64,000 bases of DNA, taken from contig CM022670.1 in the NCBI GenBank assembly GCA_012295275.1, forward strand, positions 29,016,001 to 29,080,000, read 5' to 3'. Origin of the DNA: Chrysomallon squamiferum. Taxonomy: Eukaryota > Animalia > Mollusca. Of this stretch, positions 16,101 through 27,636 are shown one piece after another. The number at the start of each line of letters is the position of its first letter. Position 1 is the stretch's first letter. Below the pieces are notes generated by a model. It was not told the origin of the DNA and did no database searches. It saw only the letters and a list, made by a program, of their open reading frames with translations. The translations under genes and the position numbers were made by a program.

Positions 16101-16654
16101 ATCTGTGTAACCTTTTCAAACAGCCGGAGTGACTGGATGCTTATTCACTACAGAACTGCTTATAAAATATATATACTTTTTAAAAACCTTAATTTTTACC
16201 AAAAAGACACGTCTAATACCTGATTAAATTAGATCTGTGGAATAATATACGAGAATTATACTGGAGGTCACCGGAAAGTAGCGAATAAGGTGGTTAATGG
16301 TTCCACTTTATCTGAAAATCAAATTACTTCGCTGATGACGTAACAACACGGAAACGTAGCGGTAACGGAACCACTCCAAGTTCATTGACTGCGGATACGT
16401 ATGTCAAGTGGTTGACTGGTCTACTGTGGCTTACGTCCGGTTTGCGAGTAGTATTTGCCTTAAGAGCAGCACGCTTGTAACTTCAGTGTAGTGTGTAATA
16501 TGTCGAGTAATAGTTGGTAACGTTAACCAGTTGATCGAGTAATTAGCTAGAAAACTGACGAAATAAAATCCTATTGCCATAGCTCGTGTTATACGATACT
16601 CTGTGACTGCAGATTAGATTAGTTTATATGATGCCTATTTTACTTGGTCTTGTA

Positions 16655-16657
<3 letters not shown>

Positions 16658-16718
<61 letters not shown>
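16658..16718. repeat. (TG)n microsatellite
   Basis: Directly visible. Confidence 0.95.
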
Positions 16719-16720
<2 letters not shown>

Positions 16721-17425
16721 CCTATTGAAATGAAAGAACAAAACATTTCTGTAGGCTACCATTATTAATAACAGTAAAATATATTTTATATTCAAATTAT
16801 AAAAAGACTGGAAAGCAGCGATTGTAATAAACCTGTCATTAAACACAGTTTGAAACGGGAAAATCATCTAAAGACACACAGGAAAAAGTACTGTAATAAT
16901 TTGACCTGGCAGTACAAGTCGACTAAAACACAGTTAGTCTGTTATTATTATACATGGCCTGAATATGGAACAGTGACAAAAATGTTGTTTTGGGGGGATT
17001 TTTTTGACTCGTGTGATTTCAAATAATAATATTATGGGGTTTTTTTAAGTGGCAGATATGTATGGAGGTAACTGAAGATACTAATCTATATAATAATGTG
17101 AAAAACAGAAAGAAAACCGAACAAAGAAAAGAAAGAAAGAAAGAAATGAAGAAAGATAATAATTTTTTTAAAATCAGTACCTTCAATATCTTACGCAGTA
17201 TTAGTTATCTAGAAAACATTAGTAAGACAGTTATCTAAGTAGTATTATTAAGAACAATATTAGTTTACCGCAGGTTAAGGATATCACACCCAATCACAAT
17301 TGAAACTCCCACTCAGAAACGCGTGCCTGTAACGGATGCTAAGACAGCATTTCACAGCTCGACCAGAGCAAGTAACTGGAGTAATTAAAATATCAGCAGT
17401 AATTAATTTTCAAAAGCCAACTTAC

Positions 17426-17656
17426 CATTTCCTCTCGTAGGCGTTCCATTGCCAGGTCTATAGAATTCTTCTGCTTCCCGTTTCCGTTGGCATCAATGGC
17501 AGACACAGAGGTCTTTTCCCACTTTTGTTTCATCGCTTCTGCTGTTTCCATTCTGGAGTTATAGAATTTTCGGCACGCGTTCGACAGTTCTATAGACGCC
17601 GTGTATTTGTCGGTTTCTTCTTTGCCAGGCACTTGTAGATATGCCATCGTATCCAT
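17426..17656 (-). CDS. First coding exon of a probable LURAP1/FAM89/FAM167-like coiled-coil adaptor protein (77 aa: MDTMAYLQVP...KNSIDLAMERLREEM); downstream exon(s) not found in window
   Basis: Complex, non-repetitive ORF with an ATG|GTAAG phase-0 donor at 17425. SIDLAMERLREEM resembles the start of the LURAP/FAM89/FAM167 helix (e.g. xDxALxxLRxEM), which is typically interrupted by an intron at this point. The family call is from memory of the motif only. Confidence 0.6.
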
Positions 17657-18049
17657 GTCCTTATTTGCAAACGGTCAAACACAACACATAAATATGCTGA
17701 ATAAAGCTTATATTCAAAAGTATATGATGCTATATTTTTTTTAACACTTCTTCGATTATTATAACTTCTGAACTAAGCAATAAAATCAAAGTTTTTAAAA
17801 TTTGTTTTCAGAATTGTATAATACAATTGCGATTTCTCTGAAATTCAGTACAGAAGACAGTAGACAATATTTTGTTTTCCAAAACTGTTGATTATCCTTT
17901 GAGTAAAGTGTCCTTGCGACGGAATGGAACAAGTGCGTCTAAGTATTATATTCACTGTGGTCCTTTTGTACGTGCCCAGTGTGTACAAGAAGACTATAGA
18001 GATAACGTAATCCAATGCAGTTTTCCTTTCTTCTGCCTTCTGTTAGACA

Positions 18050-18300
18050 ATAGCGGAGAAGCTCTCGCCGCTTGTGATATCTGCTGAATGTTCAAACCAA
18101 ACATACGGTGGCCAGTAAATCTGAAAGCGACGCAAAGAAAGCTGACGTCTGATTGGTCGACGAGTTGTACACACGAGTTTGACTGGGACAGTGGGAGGAG
18201 TTATAGCTCGTTGACGCACAACAAAGGAGGAGATAAAATTCTACTCGATAACGAGTGTGTTTGTATTCTGCGTTCTCTTCCAATATTTCGCGAGCACCTG
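18050..18300 (-). promoter_or_regulatory. Putative proximal promoter of the 17426-17656 gene (CRE-like TGACGT 18143-18148, CCAAT box on minus strand 18152-18156, TGACGC ~18212)
   Basis: CpG-rich block ~450 bp upstream of the ATG containing gctgacgtctgattggtc. Confidence 0.4.
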
Positions 18301-18714
18301 AGACAGGAGAAGTATTTTATTTTCTTCTTCTTTTGCCCCCTTTCTCTTCGACTGCTATAAACGATAAGTTTTACTACTACATTTCTCCTTCGTATCGCCA
18401 ACTCTCTTGTACTCTGATGTGCTGTCAGTTGGAATGATCGAAACAAGCTGACTCAGGTCGAAGCTAAAATTAGAGACTTGATAGACGATACATCGCTAAT
18501 TAATAAAGTGCATGCTTGGATAGACTTGTAACAACAAACCACCGAACCATGGCGTGACTTGCTCTCGAAATCTGACATTTAAACCAGAATGTTTGATAAA
18601 GGCTTAATTTTTCTTTTCTTTTCGAATATCGTTATGTAAAATACTTTATAGATTTTTTTCTTGTCTTATTGTGGGGTTTAGTTTTGCATGCTATTGGCAA
18701 ATATGTAAGCTTTC

Positions 18715-18946
18715 TTTCTCTGTGTGTCTCTTTACCACTCTCTCTGTCTGTCTGTCATCTCTCCACTAATCCATCTATTTATCTATCTATTAGTCTGTTT
18801 ATTTATCTGTCTATCTGTATATCCATTTGTCTCTTTATCAATCTATCCATCTATCTATATGTGTGTGTCTCTCGCTCTTTATATATATTTATATTTATCT
18901 ATCTACACATTTGTTTATCTATCTTTCTATTTATCTGTTTGTCTAC

Positions 18947-18982
<36 letters not shown>

Positions 18983-19150
18983 ATATATATATATATATAT
19001 TATCTGTATATTTAAACTATCACTTTCTTTTACTGCCGATCTATCTCCTCTTCTTCTTTCTTTTTCTCTCACTCTTTTTGTTTTTACTCTTCACTTCATT
19101 TTTCTCTCTTATCTTTTACCCCTTTTCTCTCTTTGTCTTTCTTTCTATTT
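18715..19150. repeat. Degenerate (TATC)n/(CT)n low-complexity tract
   Basis: Directly visible; source of spurious ORFs 18669-19161. Confidence 0.85.
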
Positions 19151-19656
19151 TTGAAATCTGATTCCAGTATGAAAACGTCATACTGAAAACATGTGTCATA
19201 CTGCGGCAACATGATCACTGTGTTCTTACCTGTTATCTGAAGGATTGTAATGTTAACAAGAGATTTTCGTCTTCCGGATCGCCATAATATTGATCCGTCG
19301 ATTCCCTTATCAGGAAACTTAACAACACTGACACGTTATTATGTCATGGATAATGTTTGGTCACGAAGTAATTGCACGAGATAAAAAAAAAAGAAGAAGA
19401 AGAAACGAAAATAACTAAAAACAGATGTGCAAAAACCATCGTCTGCAGTCTTACGACAGAATAGCCAAATAATTATTTTAATAAATTGATTATGTTATAA
19501 ACATAAGATAATAAATATAAAAGGCAAATTTTGTTAGTTGAACATTTCTGAACGAGAAGTGTAGGAACGGATTCGCGAGTTGAAAAAATGGAGGCTAACT
19601 CATTAATCTTTGTGGCAGACATGTTATTCTCCATAATTAATTCTGCATACTTTTTA

Positions 19657-19855
19657 ATGAAAATAATATATTATTAATATTTAAAAAAAGAAAAAATAAC
19701 TCCATGCAATAAAACAAATGATAACAAAATGTTATTAATATTTTAAAAAATAAACAACTCCATACAATAATAGAAACTGAAAATAAAATATTATTTATAT
19801 TTAAAAAGAATAACTTTACATAATAATACTAATGAAAATAAAATTAATATAAAGA
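19657..19855. repeat. Degenerate AT-rich minisatellite, ~55-60-bp unit, about 3.5 copies
   Basis: Unit ATGAAAATAAxATxTTATTAATATTTAAAAA...AACTCCATxCAATAA repeated. Confidence 0.65.
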
Positions 19856-20243
19856 ACACGCGTTTTTCTAAATCTCCTGTAATAAAAATGTCGTTCACGT
19901 TGCAGTTCGTGGACAGGTGTCAAACACGCTGTCTGCGTCAGTTAACGAGTGAAACACTGCAGAAGAAAAGAGATTTATTATCAAACTAAAATTACAGGAT
20001 ATTGCGACATTCTTACATCTTCATTTATTTAAAGTGATTGCACAAATAATCTTTGTCGTCTCTTGAAAAACTAAAACTGAATAATTATGATCAGTAGAAA
20101 TACAAAAAGCAAGGTGGATGCAGTTTATATAATTGTTTTTATAATTATTGTCACTTAACTGTAAAACCTTTTATTTATTTATTTATTTATTTATAAGTAT
20201 GATTGTAAATATTACTGTTCTTTCTATATTTGTTCTGTATTCA

Positions 20244-20283
<40 letters not shown>

Positions 20284-20354
20284 GTATTTATTTATATTTC
20301 ATTGTTTTGTTACTGTTATTATTTAAACTGTATTTTATTATGCATGACTTCTTA

Positions 20355-20715
20355 TGTATACACATGCATACTCACGCAAACATAAGTATATATATACCAA
20401 TGTACCCAAACACATATACTTACATATATAATAAACAGACATACATACATACATACATTCACACATGCACTTACACATGTGCATAGACATACATATTTAT
20501 GCACTCATACACACACAAACACACACATATATACATACACACATACACATATATCTATGCATAGATACACACATTTATACATACAGAAACACACACTCAT
20601 AAATTTGCAAATATACACACATAAACACATTTATGGACACATACACCTGCAACCACAAACATGCATAAACGCATACACACACACACATATATATAGCTAT
20701 ACATATACATATATA
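20355..20715. repeat. Degenerate (CA/TA)n low-complexity tract
   Basis: Directly visible. Confidence 0.85.
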
Positions 20716-22911
20716 TTGTGTATTTACAGTGCAACAAATACACTTTTACGCAAAACAAACAACAACCCGAAAGTTTGCGAAATGTATTTGGAGTGTTACG
20801 TTGCATTGAACGCCTACCGTACAACTTTAAACTAGACTATCCCCAACCTGAAAACCAGCACAGCTCTGATCAAACATGTCACCTTGCTGTAATTCTGCTG
20901 CAAATAAATATAAAGAAGGTCGTGAAAACCGGAAAGAGCCGAAAAACAACTAAGGACGAGTGAAAGGTGACACTTGGCGACACATCACAGAAAATATATA
21001 AACTATATCTCGTCAAAATACAGTCTGATAATTGTGTAAACAAGGCTCATGGACAACACTTTTATACGTGTTTGACGTCAAGGTATATAATATATTTGAT
21101 TATGTAAAAATGAGATTTGTATTTTTACTAGTTTTGTATAATAATAAATAATATTTCGTCCTTTTTAATATTTGTTTTGCAGATCCTATATAATTCTTTT
21201 CTATAACGTTTTATCTTAATTTAGCGTTTTTTTAATTAAGTTAATTTAGCATTTTTGTTTCATTTTTTTTGTTTTTTTTTTTTTTTTTTTAAGACTGAGT
21301 CATGCTTATTCGAAATTTTATTTTCATTTAATAATGCAATTATTCGCGAAGAAATAAAATGAAATTATTGCCTTTTCTTTTTTCTTTGTTTGTCTGGGGA
21401 TTTTTCATTTCATATTAATCTCGTTCAAATCGCATTTATGCTGAGAAATGTCATTAATGTCTGCCCATGCAATTAAAACAAAAAATCGGTGAGTATTTTT
21501 TAAACATTCCAAGGTGTCAGACCAATAGTTTTTGTATAACGGTTACATAAAAGGGAAAGCTGGTTGCCAGGATTCAGTTAATAACACGGCATTTTTTTAC
21601 ATGTATTTCCAGTGAACAGTAACACACACGGAAATCTTTCATACACTAATCGCGGAGTCGAGGCAGGAATGGGATATAATTTTCAAAAAACCACTTTGAG
21701 TATTGACCGTGCGCCGTGTCACGTCAGCACAAGCGAACTAACAGATCCCACTCCTCAGTGTGCACGGAAATTGTACAATAAGTCAAAACAGTAGTTGTCG
21801 GTTAACAAGACGTGACTGCGACACTGTATCAGACGTAGCGTCAACGTCGTGCCAGGGTGAATCCGATGTCAACGTCTCTCTAATGTTGATCACAAATATT
21901 TCTACTGCGCTAAATTTCCTTCTTAATTGAGCAGCTCAGACAGCAGCCTGTTTGCTGCATGAAGATCATTTCCTTGTTTGTATTATAACGACGAGGAATT
22001 CCTCTCACTATTAGATTTTTGTTACAAATTGTAATTGTTTTAATTTTTTGTTTTGGTTTCTTTAATTTTAATGTTAATATTTATTACCTGAAGTATAATA
22101 ATAAACGTATCACAGCGAAATCCAGGCTGTCTTTAAAGAAATTTGGAGGACAACATAAAAATGAAATGAATAAATAAGTAATATGTAACTAAGTAAGTAT
22201 GTGAATAAGTAAATATGTGAATACGTAAGTAAATAAATAACGAAAACAATGAATGAATGAACAAATATACATTTGTACTTGTGCATGTATGTGTGTGTTT
22301 GTACCTACATGTATGTGTACGTGTTATATGTTTGCGTATGTGCCATGTATGTTTGTACGTGCAAGCGTGTGTGTCTGTGTGTGTAATAATTAAAAACAAT
22401 ATATATAATTATTTTGCTAATATAGAAATAGGTTATTATTGTCATTGTTAATTAAAGAAGCACTTTCAGGAATTCAGCTATAAATCATTTGTATCACAGT
22501 TTATTGACAGCTGCGGTTTATCTATGGAATCCCGTTAGTGCCATCTTCCTGTGATTGTCCTCTCTGGAATTTGACAAAAGAAAGACGATGATATCTGTAT
22601 AAGTAAAGCCATAAACAATGGACAGAACTAATTACAAAGGTTTACATATACAATACAAAATGTCCGCCTTTAAATATATTGGACAGGTGAATGTAGCTTT
22701 ATAGATAGTGAAAACAATGAAGATTTTGATATCAGATTAAATATATATTAATCACGTATCATACAGCGTTGAGCATAAAACAATACTGTACAGAATCAAC
22801 ATGTGTAGATATACGAATGCATACATACTATATAGTACAGATATACATAACTATATATATTATTTTCCTTCTGTCTCCGTATGTATATATCTAAATATAT
22901 ATGTATGTATA

Positions 22912-22946
<35 letters not shown>

Positions 22947-25900
22947 CTGCCTGCCTATCTGTATATAAACATACACATGAACACACATACATGTAGACAT
23001 AATACACACATAGGAGAGGAAGAATTGGATGAGCGAAACGGAAAAGGAAAAATGTACCCGGCGGTGAGCGAAACAAAAAGAAATAAACAAATTTTCACGG
23101 ACTATGCTTACTTCGATTAAAAAAAACCTTATTATTCCTAAACCAGATTGTAAGTAAACGCTGTACATTTTGCGATATGAAAGAATACTAGTTATATGTA
23201 ACCAAAGTTTAGTGTGAATTTCTTTGACTGTTTCCTTAACTGATAGTTGACATATGCCATAATGTCAAAGCTTTACTGTTAAAATATATACATAACGCGT
23301 GTAGATCGTTAGAGCTGAGGAAGAGAAGCTTGAAGGAGAGGCTAATTAAAGTTACTTGTTAAAATTAACCGTTATACAATGATAATTAACCGTTATTATT
23401 TTCAGGCGTTACTAGACATTCAATAGAGCATGAAGCATTTTCATTTCCTGTCCACATTTTGAATGTTTTATTATATCCCCACATCTGCTTATGTTCGGAT
23501 ATAACTTCTATGACCATAAGTATTAAAAACAATGATGAAATTCGAGTGTTTAATATTTTACTCAGAGAATTTTGAAATCTTTTACTACTTCTTCTTCTTA
23601 TAGTTGTTGTTGTTGTCATTATTTAAAAATGCGTCTCTGTCTATCTATCTATCAGTCCATCCCTGTGTCTTATGTCTATTTTATACATTATATACATTAT
23701 CTTTTTTCATTTTCATTACTAAGAAAGACTATTTAATTTAATTTAATTTATATTATTTTTTATATTGATGTCAAAGCTATTATATTATTTTATTATTTAA
23801 TATTTTATTTTGCAAAAAAATCCAAAAGATAAAACGTTATAGAAAAGAATTGTGTGTGTGTGTGTGTGTGTGTGTGATTATTATTTGCTATTTGCCACCC
23901 ATTAATACTCTCTGTTCTTTTTCTTAATACATTTTAAAATATGTATGTTTGTGTAATTGAAGATGCATTATAAAATTTTGAACACTGTGTTAAACAATGT
24001 TTACTTCAAAGTTAAAACAAACGAATAATGACAAATAATTGTTTAACGATATCTTTACATCGAAAACTATTAGTCAAATATGTTAATTTTATTATTTTAG
24101 AAACATTAATAAATAATAAATATTGTTAAACATTATTTTATATGTGAGAAAGGAAAACTGCAAGTGCTCTTTTCTTAATGTCTTTCCCCTAAATTATTCT
24201 CTCTGGTGTGCCATTGGCTGGAATATTAACACTTGAACTGTAGAGGTTTGATCCTGCGTACCATTACCTCTTGAACGAGCGATGTGTCGCCGAGATGTCG
24301 CCCTAATTAGCAAAACGAAGTTATCTCGAAGCATAAGATGGAGTTAATGGAGAGACAGATAACAAACAGCTGCAGTAAGAAAAGATCTATGTTTTAATTT
24401 GTTTAACTGTTATATTAGGAAGCAATAGAGCTTTAGAAGAAAAAAAAAAAGAGAAGAAAGAGTGAGCAATTGTTGGTCATTCATCATAGTCAGGTTCGCT
24501 CTTTTTTAAACATTTCAGATGAATTTATATGCAAAGTAAGGCTCGTGGTCTATCATGCATCTCAACAAACAGTGTCTGTGCTACCAAATAATTTAACAAA
24601 CTCTGTTCCAATATTATAGTATGTGTCACAAACATGCAAAGCATAAAAGACACGTATTTATAATAATTTTAAACAAATAAAAGAAATAAAGTATGGAATA
24701 AATACTAACCTTTTTTACACTAAGTATTAGTTTAAAAATTATATATATCAGTGGAATGTGACACAGCTAAAATGCGGTGATAAGGTATGAACGACCGCAG
24801 GATCATTTCTCCTCACAGTAATCACTGGCCTTTTCCTTTTTCCAGCCAGTGTCTGGCAACTGATGTATGGAAAGTCGCTTGCTGTTCATACATACAATGC
24901 AGTCTATTACATAACGGAAATAGATGTCCTTCACTAACGTATGTATGACAACATATAACTGTAGAAAATATAAATATAGAGATTAAATATCTATTGAGAG
25001 TATTCTTAAATAAAATATATCTTTTTGTGTTCCTGAAGGACACAAACTTCGAATTTAATTTAATTTTCTTCGTATTCATATCAGATAGGGGCAATTTTAT
25101 ATGTCGCCTCCCGAAAAGCATACATTTAAATTCTTATCTCCCCTGTTTATTATAGAAAAAGAGATGTATAGCGTTTCATTACAGTCTTAACATCATTCCA
25201 TTTAACACCGAGCTGAGACGTTGTTTAGTAAACACCACTCGTCTTTGCTGCAGGCATAAACGTCTGTTATCAACCGATTCAAACTGTCGTGGTTTTCCGC
25301 CGACAGCCCGCCGTACTGCTGGACATGACGTCGTTTACACAAGTAGATCTAAATGTTTGGTATGAGTATGTTTATTTGTTTCAGGCACTGCAGTGTTTCG
25401 TCAAACTTACCAGATGTCCCGATACGTAACTTACGTTTGTATTGTGTTGCTTGCTGACCGACTTGCGGCGATCGGCAGAAAACTGGATCACTGGAAACTG
25501 AATGGACAAGTGTTTACCTAAGTAAACCATCAAATAGTAACAATCCTCCAGTAACCGCTGTGTGTTGTAATTTAGACGGAAGTTAAGATGAGTGTTAAAC
25601 TCGCGTTACGCGATAACCATCGACTCTAAAAACTCACTTTTAAAAACTGGGTGAGTTCAGACACTGCACCAGATTACACAAAACAAGATTCTACTGGATT
25701 ATTTATAAATTATTAAAAATAACAAAAACAAAAGGCATCTGCCACTGCAGAACATCACTGGATGGTCGGATGAACATATAAATAAATCAATAAACAAATG
25801 AATTTATAATAAAGTATGTGTATCCGCATTGCATGTTTATGTCTGTGTCTATGTACATACGTACGAGTGTTCGTGCGTGCGCGCGCTCTCGTGAGAGAGA

Positions 25901-25968
25901 GAGAGAGAGCCTGCTCCAAGTTCCAAATTTTGAAGTATTCATTTTCAAGTTCTTATCCTAAATTACAG

Positions 25969-25972
<4 letters not shown>

Positions 25973-26034
<62 letters not shown>
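25973..26034. repeat. (AT)n microsatellite
   Basis: Directly visible. Confidence 0.95.
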
Positions 26035-26039
<5 letters not shown>

Positions 26040-26058
26040 CATACACATACATATATAT

Positions 26059-26126
26059 GGTTCCAGGACAATTTCCCACTGGACAATTCCCCACTCCACA
26101 ATGACAGTTTTGGACAATTCCCCCAC
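26059..26126 (+). mobile_element. Probable terminal fragment of a DNA transposon/MITE with three GGACAATT(T/C)CCC subterminal repeats
   Basis: GGACAATTTCCCAC 26066, GGACAATTCCCCAC 26081, GGACAATTCCCCCAC 26112; starts GG immediately after an (AT)n tract; no matching opposite end seen. Confidence 0.5.
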
Positions 26127-27583
26127 ACTTAATTTTTTATTACCCTATAATAATAATAATAATTTTATTGCACTGCAATCACATTTTCTGACCACTCTGT
26201 AAAACAAAATTTGGTTCCAATGTTTTGACAGCATCAAGTAAACAGAATAATATTTGTCTCTTCAGTATAAAAATATTTTAGATTAATAAAAATGGCATCG
26301 CGTTGCAAATGATTATTATTGTTTTTTTTCCCCCCCCCACCATTCTATTACCAGGTAATCGTAATGATTTATAATGATTTTTAATTGCAAATACTGATCA
26401 CGATATACATATAAAAAACAAAAAATAAATAAATAAATAAAAATAAAAATAATAATAATAATAATAATAATAAATAATAATAAATTACTGAATTAATTAG
26501 CAGCATGTTTCTATAGGTAGATTCCTAAATATCTAAATATCTATTTATTAATTAATAGTAATCAAATAATACGGTTTAAAAGTTAACAATAACAAAAAAA
26601 AAAAAAAAAAAAGACAATATTGAAACAAATGCTTTTAAGAAACGAAACTAAATTCCCTATTTCTATGTCCTATATTTAAACCAAGTGCCTCTGTGGAAAA
26701 TAAAAAATAAGCACGAAGACGCGTCGTGTGAATAAGTTTTTATAAAGCACTCATTTACACACTTTTGACACTTGGCGAACAACTTGCATGTGAATTTAAA
26801 ATAAACAAAATCTGTAGACAGAAGAGGATGGAGATGACTGAATCAAGTGATGGGGGACGTTCTTTGAATCTTGCTGGCAACAAAAATTAAACAATGACTT
26901 CATCTTCGTAGAAAATGTTTGTCTAATCATCCCATACTCATTGCCATTCTTTGAGGTTAGCGTTCAAAGATTTTTCTCCAACGGCTAGTATGCCAGAGAT
27001 TGGCTTCTCTCGCTAGTTCACGTGGCGGCCATTTGCAAGCTCGTGCAGCGCGAGCCAGACATGCAGACGATAACAAAGTAACGTTTGATGTTACCTAGAA
27101 CGTTGTCGTCTGGAGCACGTGCTCGCTTTTGTTATGCATATCTACATGTATATTTATTTATTTATTTGTCAAACACATTTAATGTTTATGGCTGTCTGTA
27201 TTAGTAAAGTAAACAAGTTATTAAATAATGTAGACATTTGATGAATCCAATATAGTCTGGTATAAAATGACTGTGGTGATAAATTAATCTATCAAGGGCG
27301 AATCCAAGGTAAGGTCGAGGTTGCTTGGATCATTCTGCACCTAACAATAAATTCTGTGTTGACTGTCGAGTTGTTCGTGTAAGAACTATCGTTCGTTTTG
27401 TTCTCAAGCATATATAATTTTATTATCAGATTTTTTTTATTTTGTTGTTGTTTTTTTAATTATTATTATTATTTTAAATCAGCTGATTCGGAATAGCTTA
27501 ATTATTTTTCTTATGATTACTGGGGTCCATCCTGTTCCTGTTGTTAAAGTGGTAGAAGGAATATAAACAAAACTAAGGCTACT

Positions 27584-27586
<3 letters not shown>

Positions 27587-27634
<48 letters not shown>
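27587..27634. repeat. (CT)n microsatellite
   Basis: Directly visible. Confidence 0.95.

Positions 27635-27636
<2 letters not shown>

Noticed and set aside
27293-27330. CAAGGGCGAATCCA (and CAGGGGCGATCCA near 44812) resembling MITE termini
   Set aside because: Only ~14 bp of similarity and no partner TIR found.
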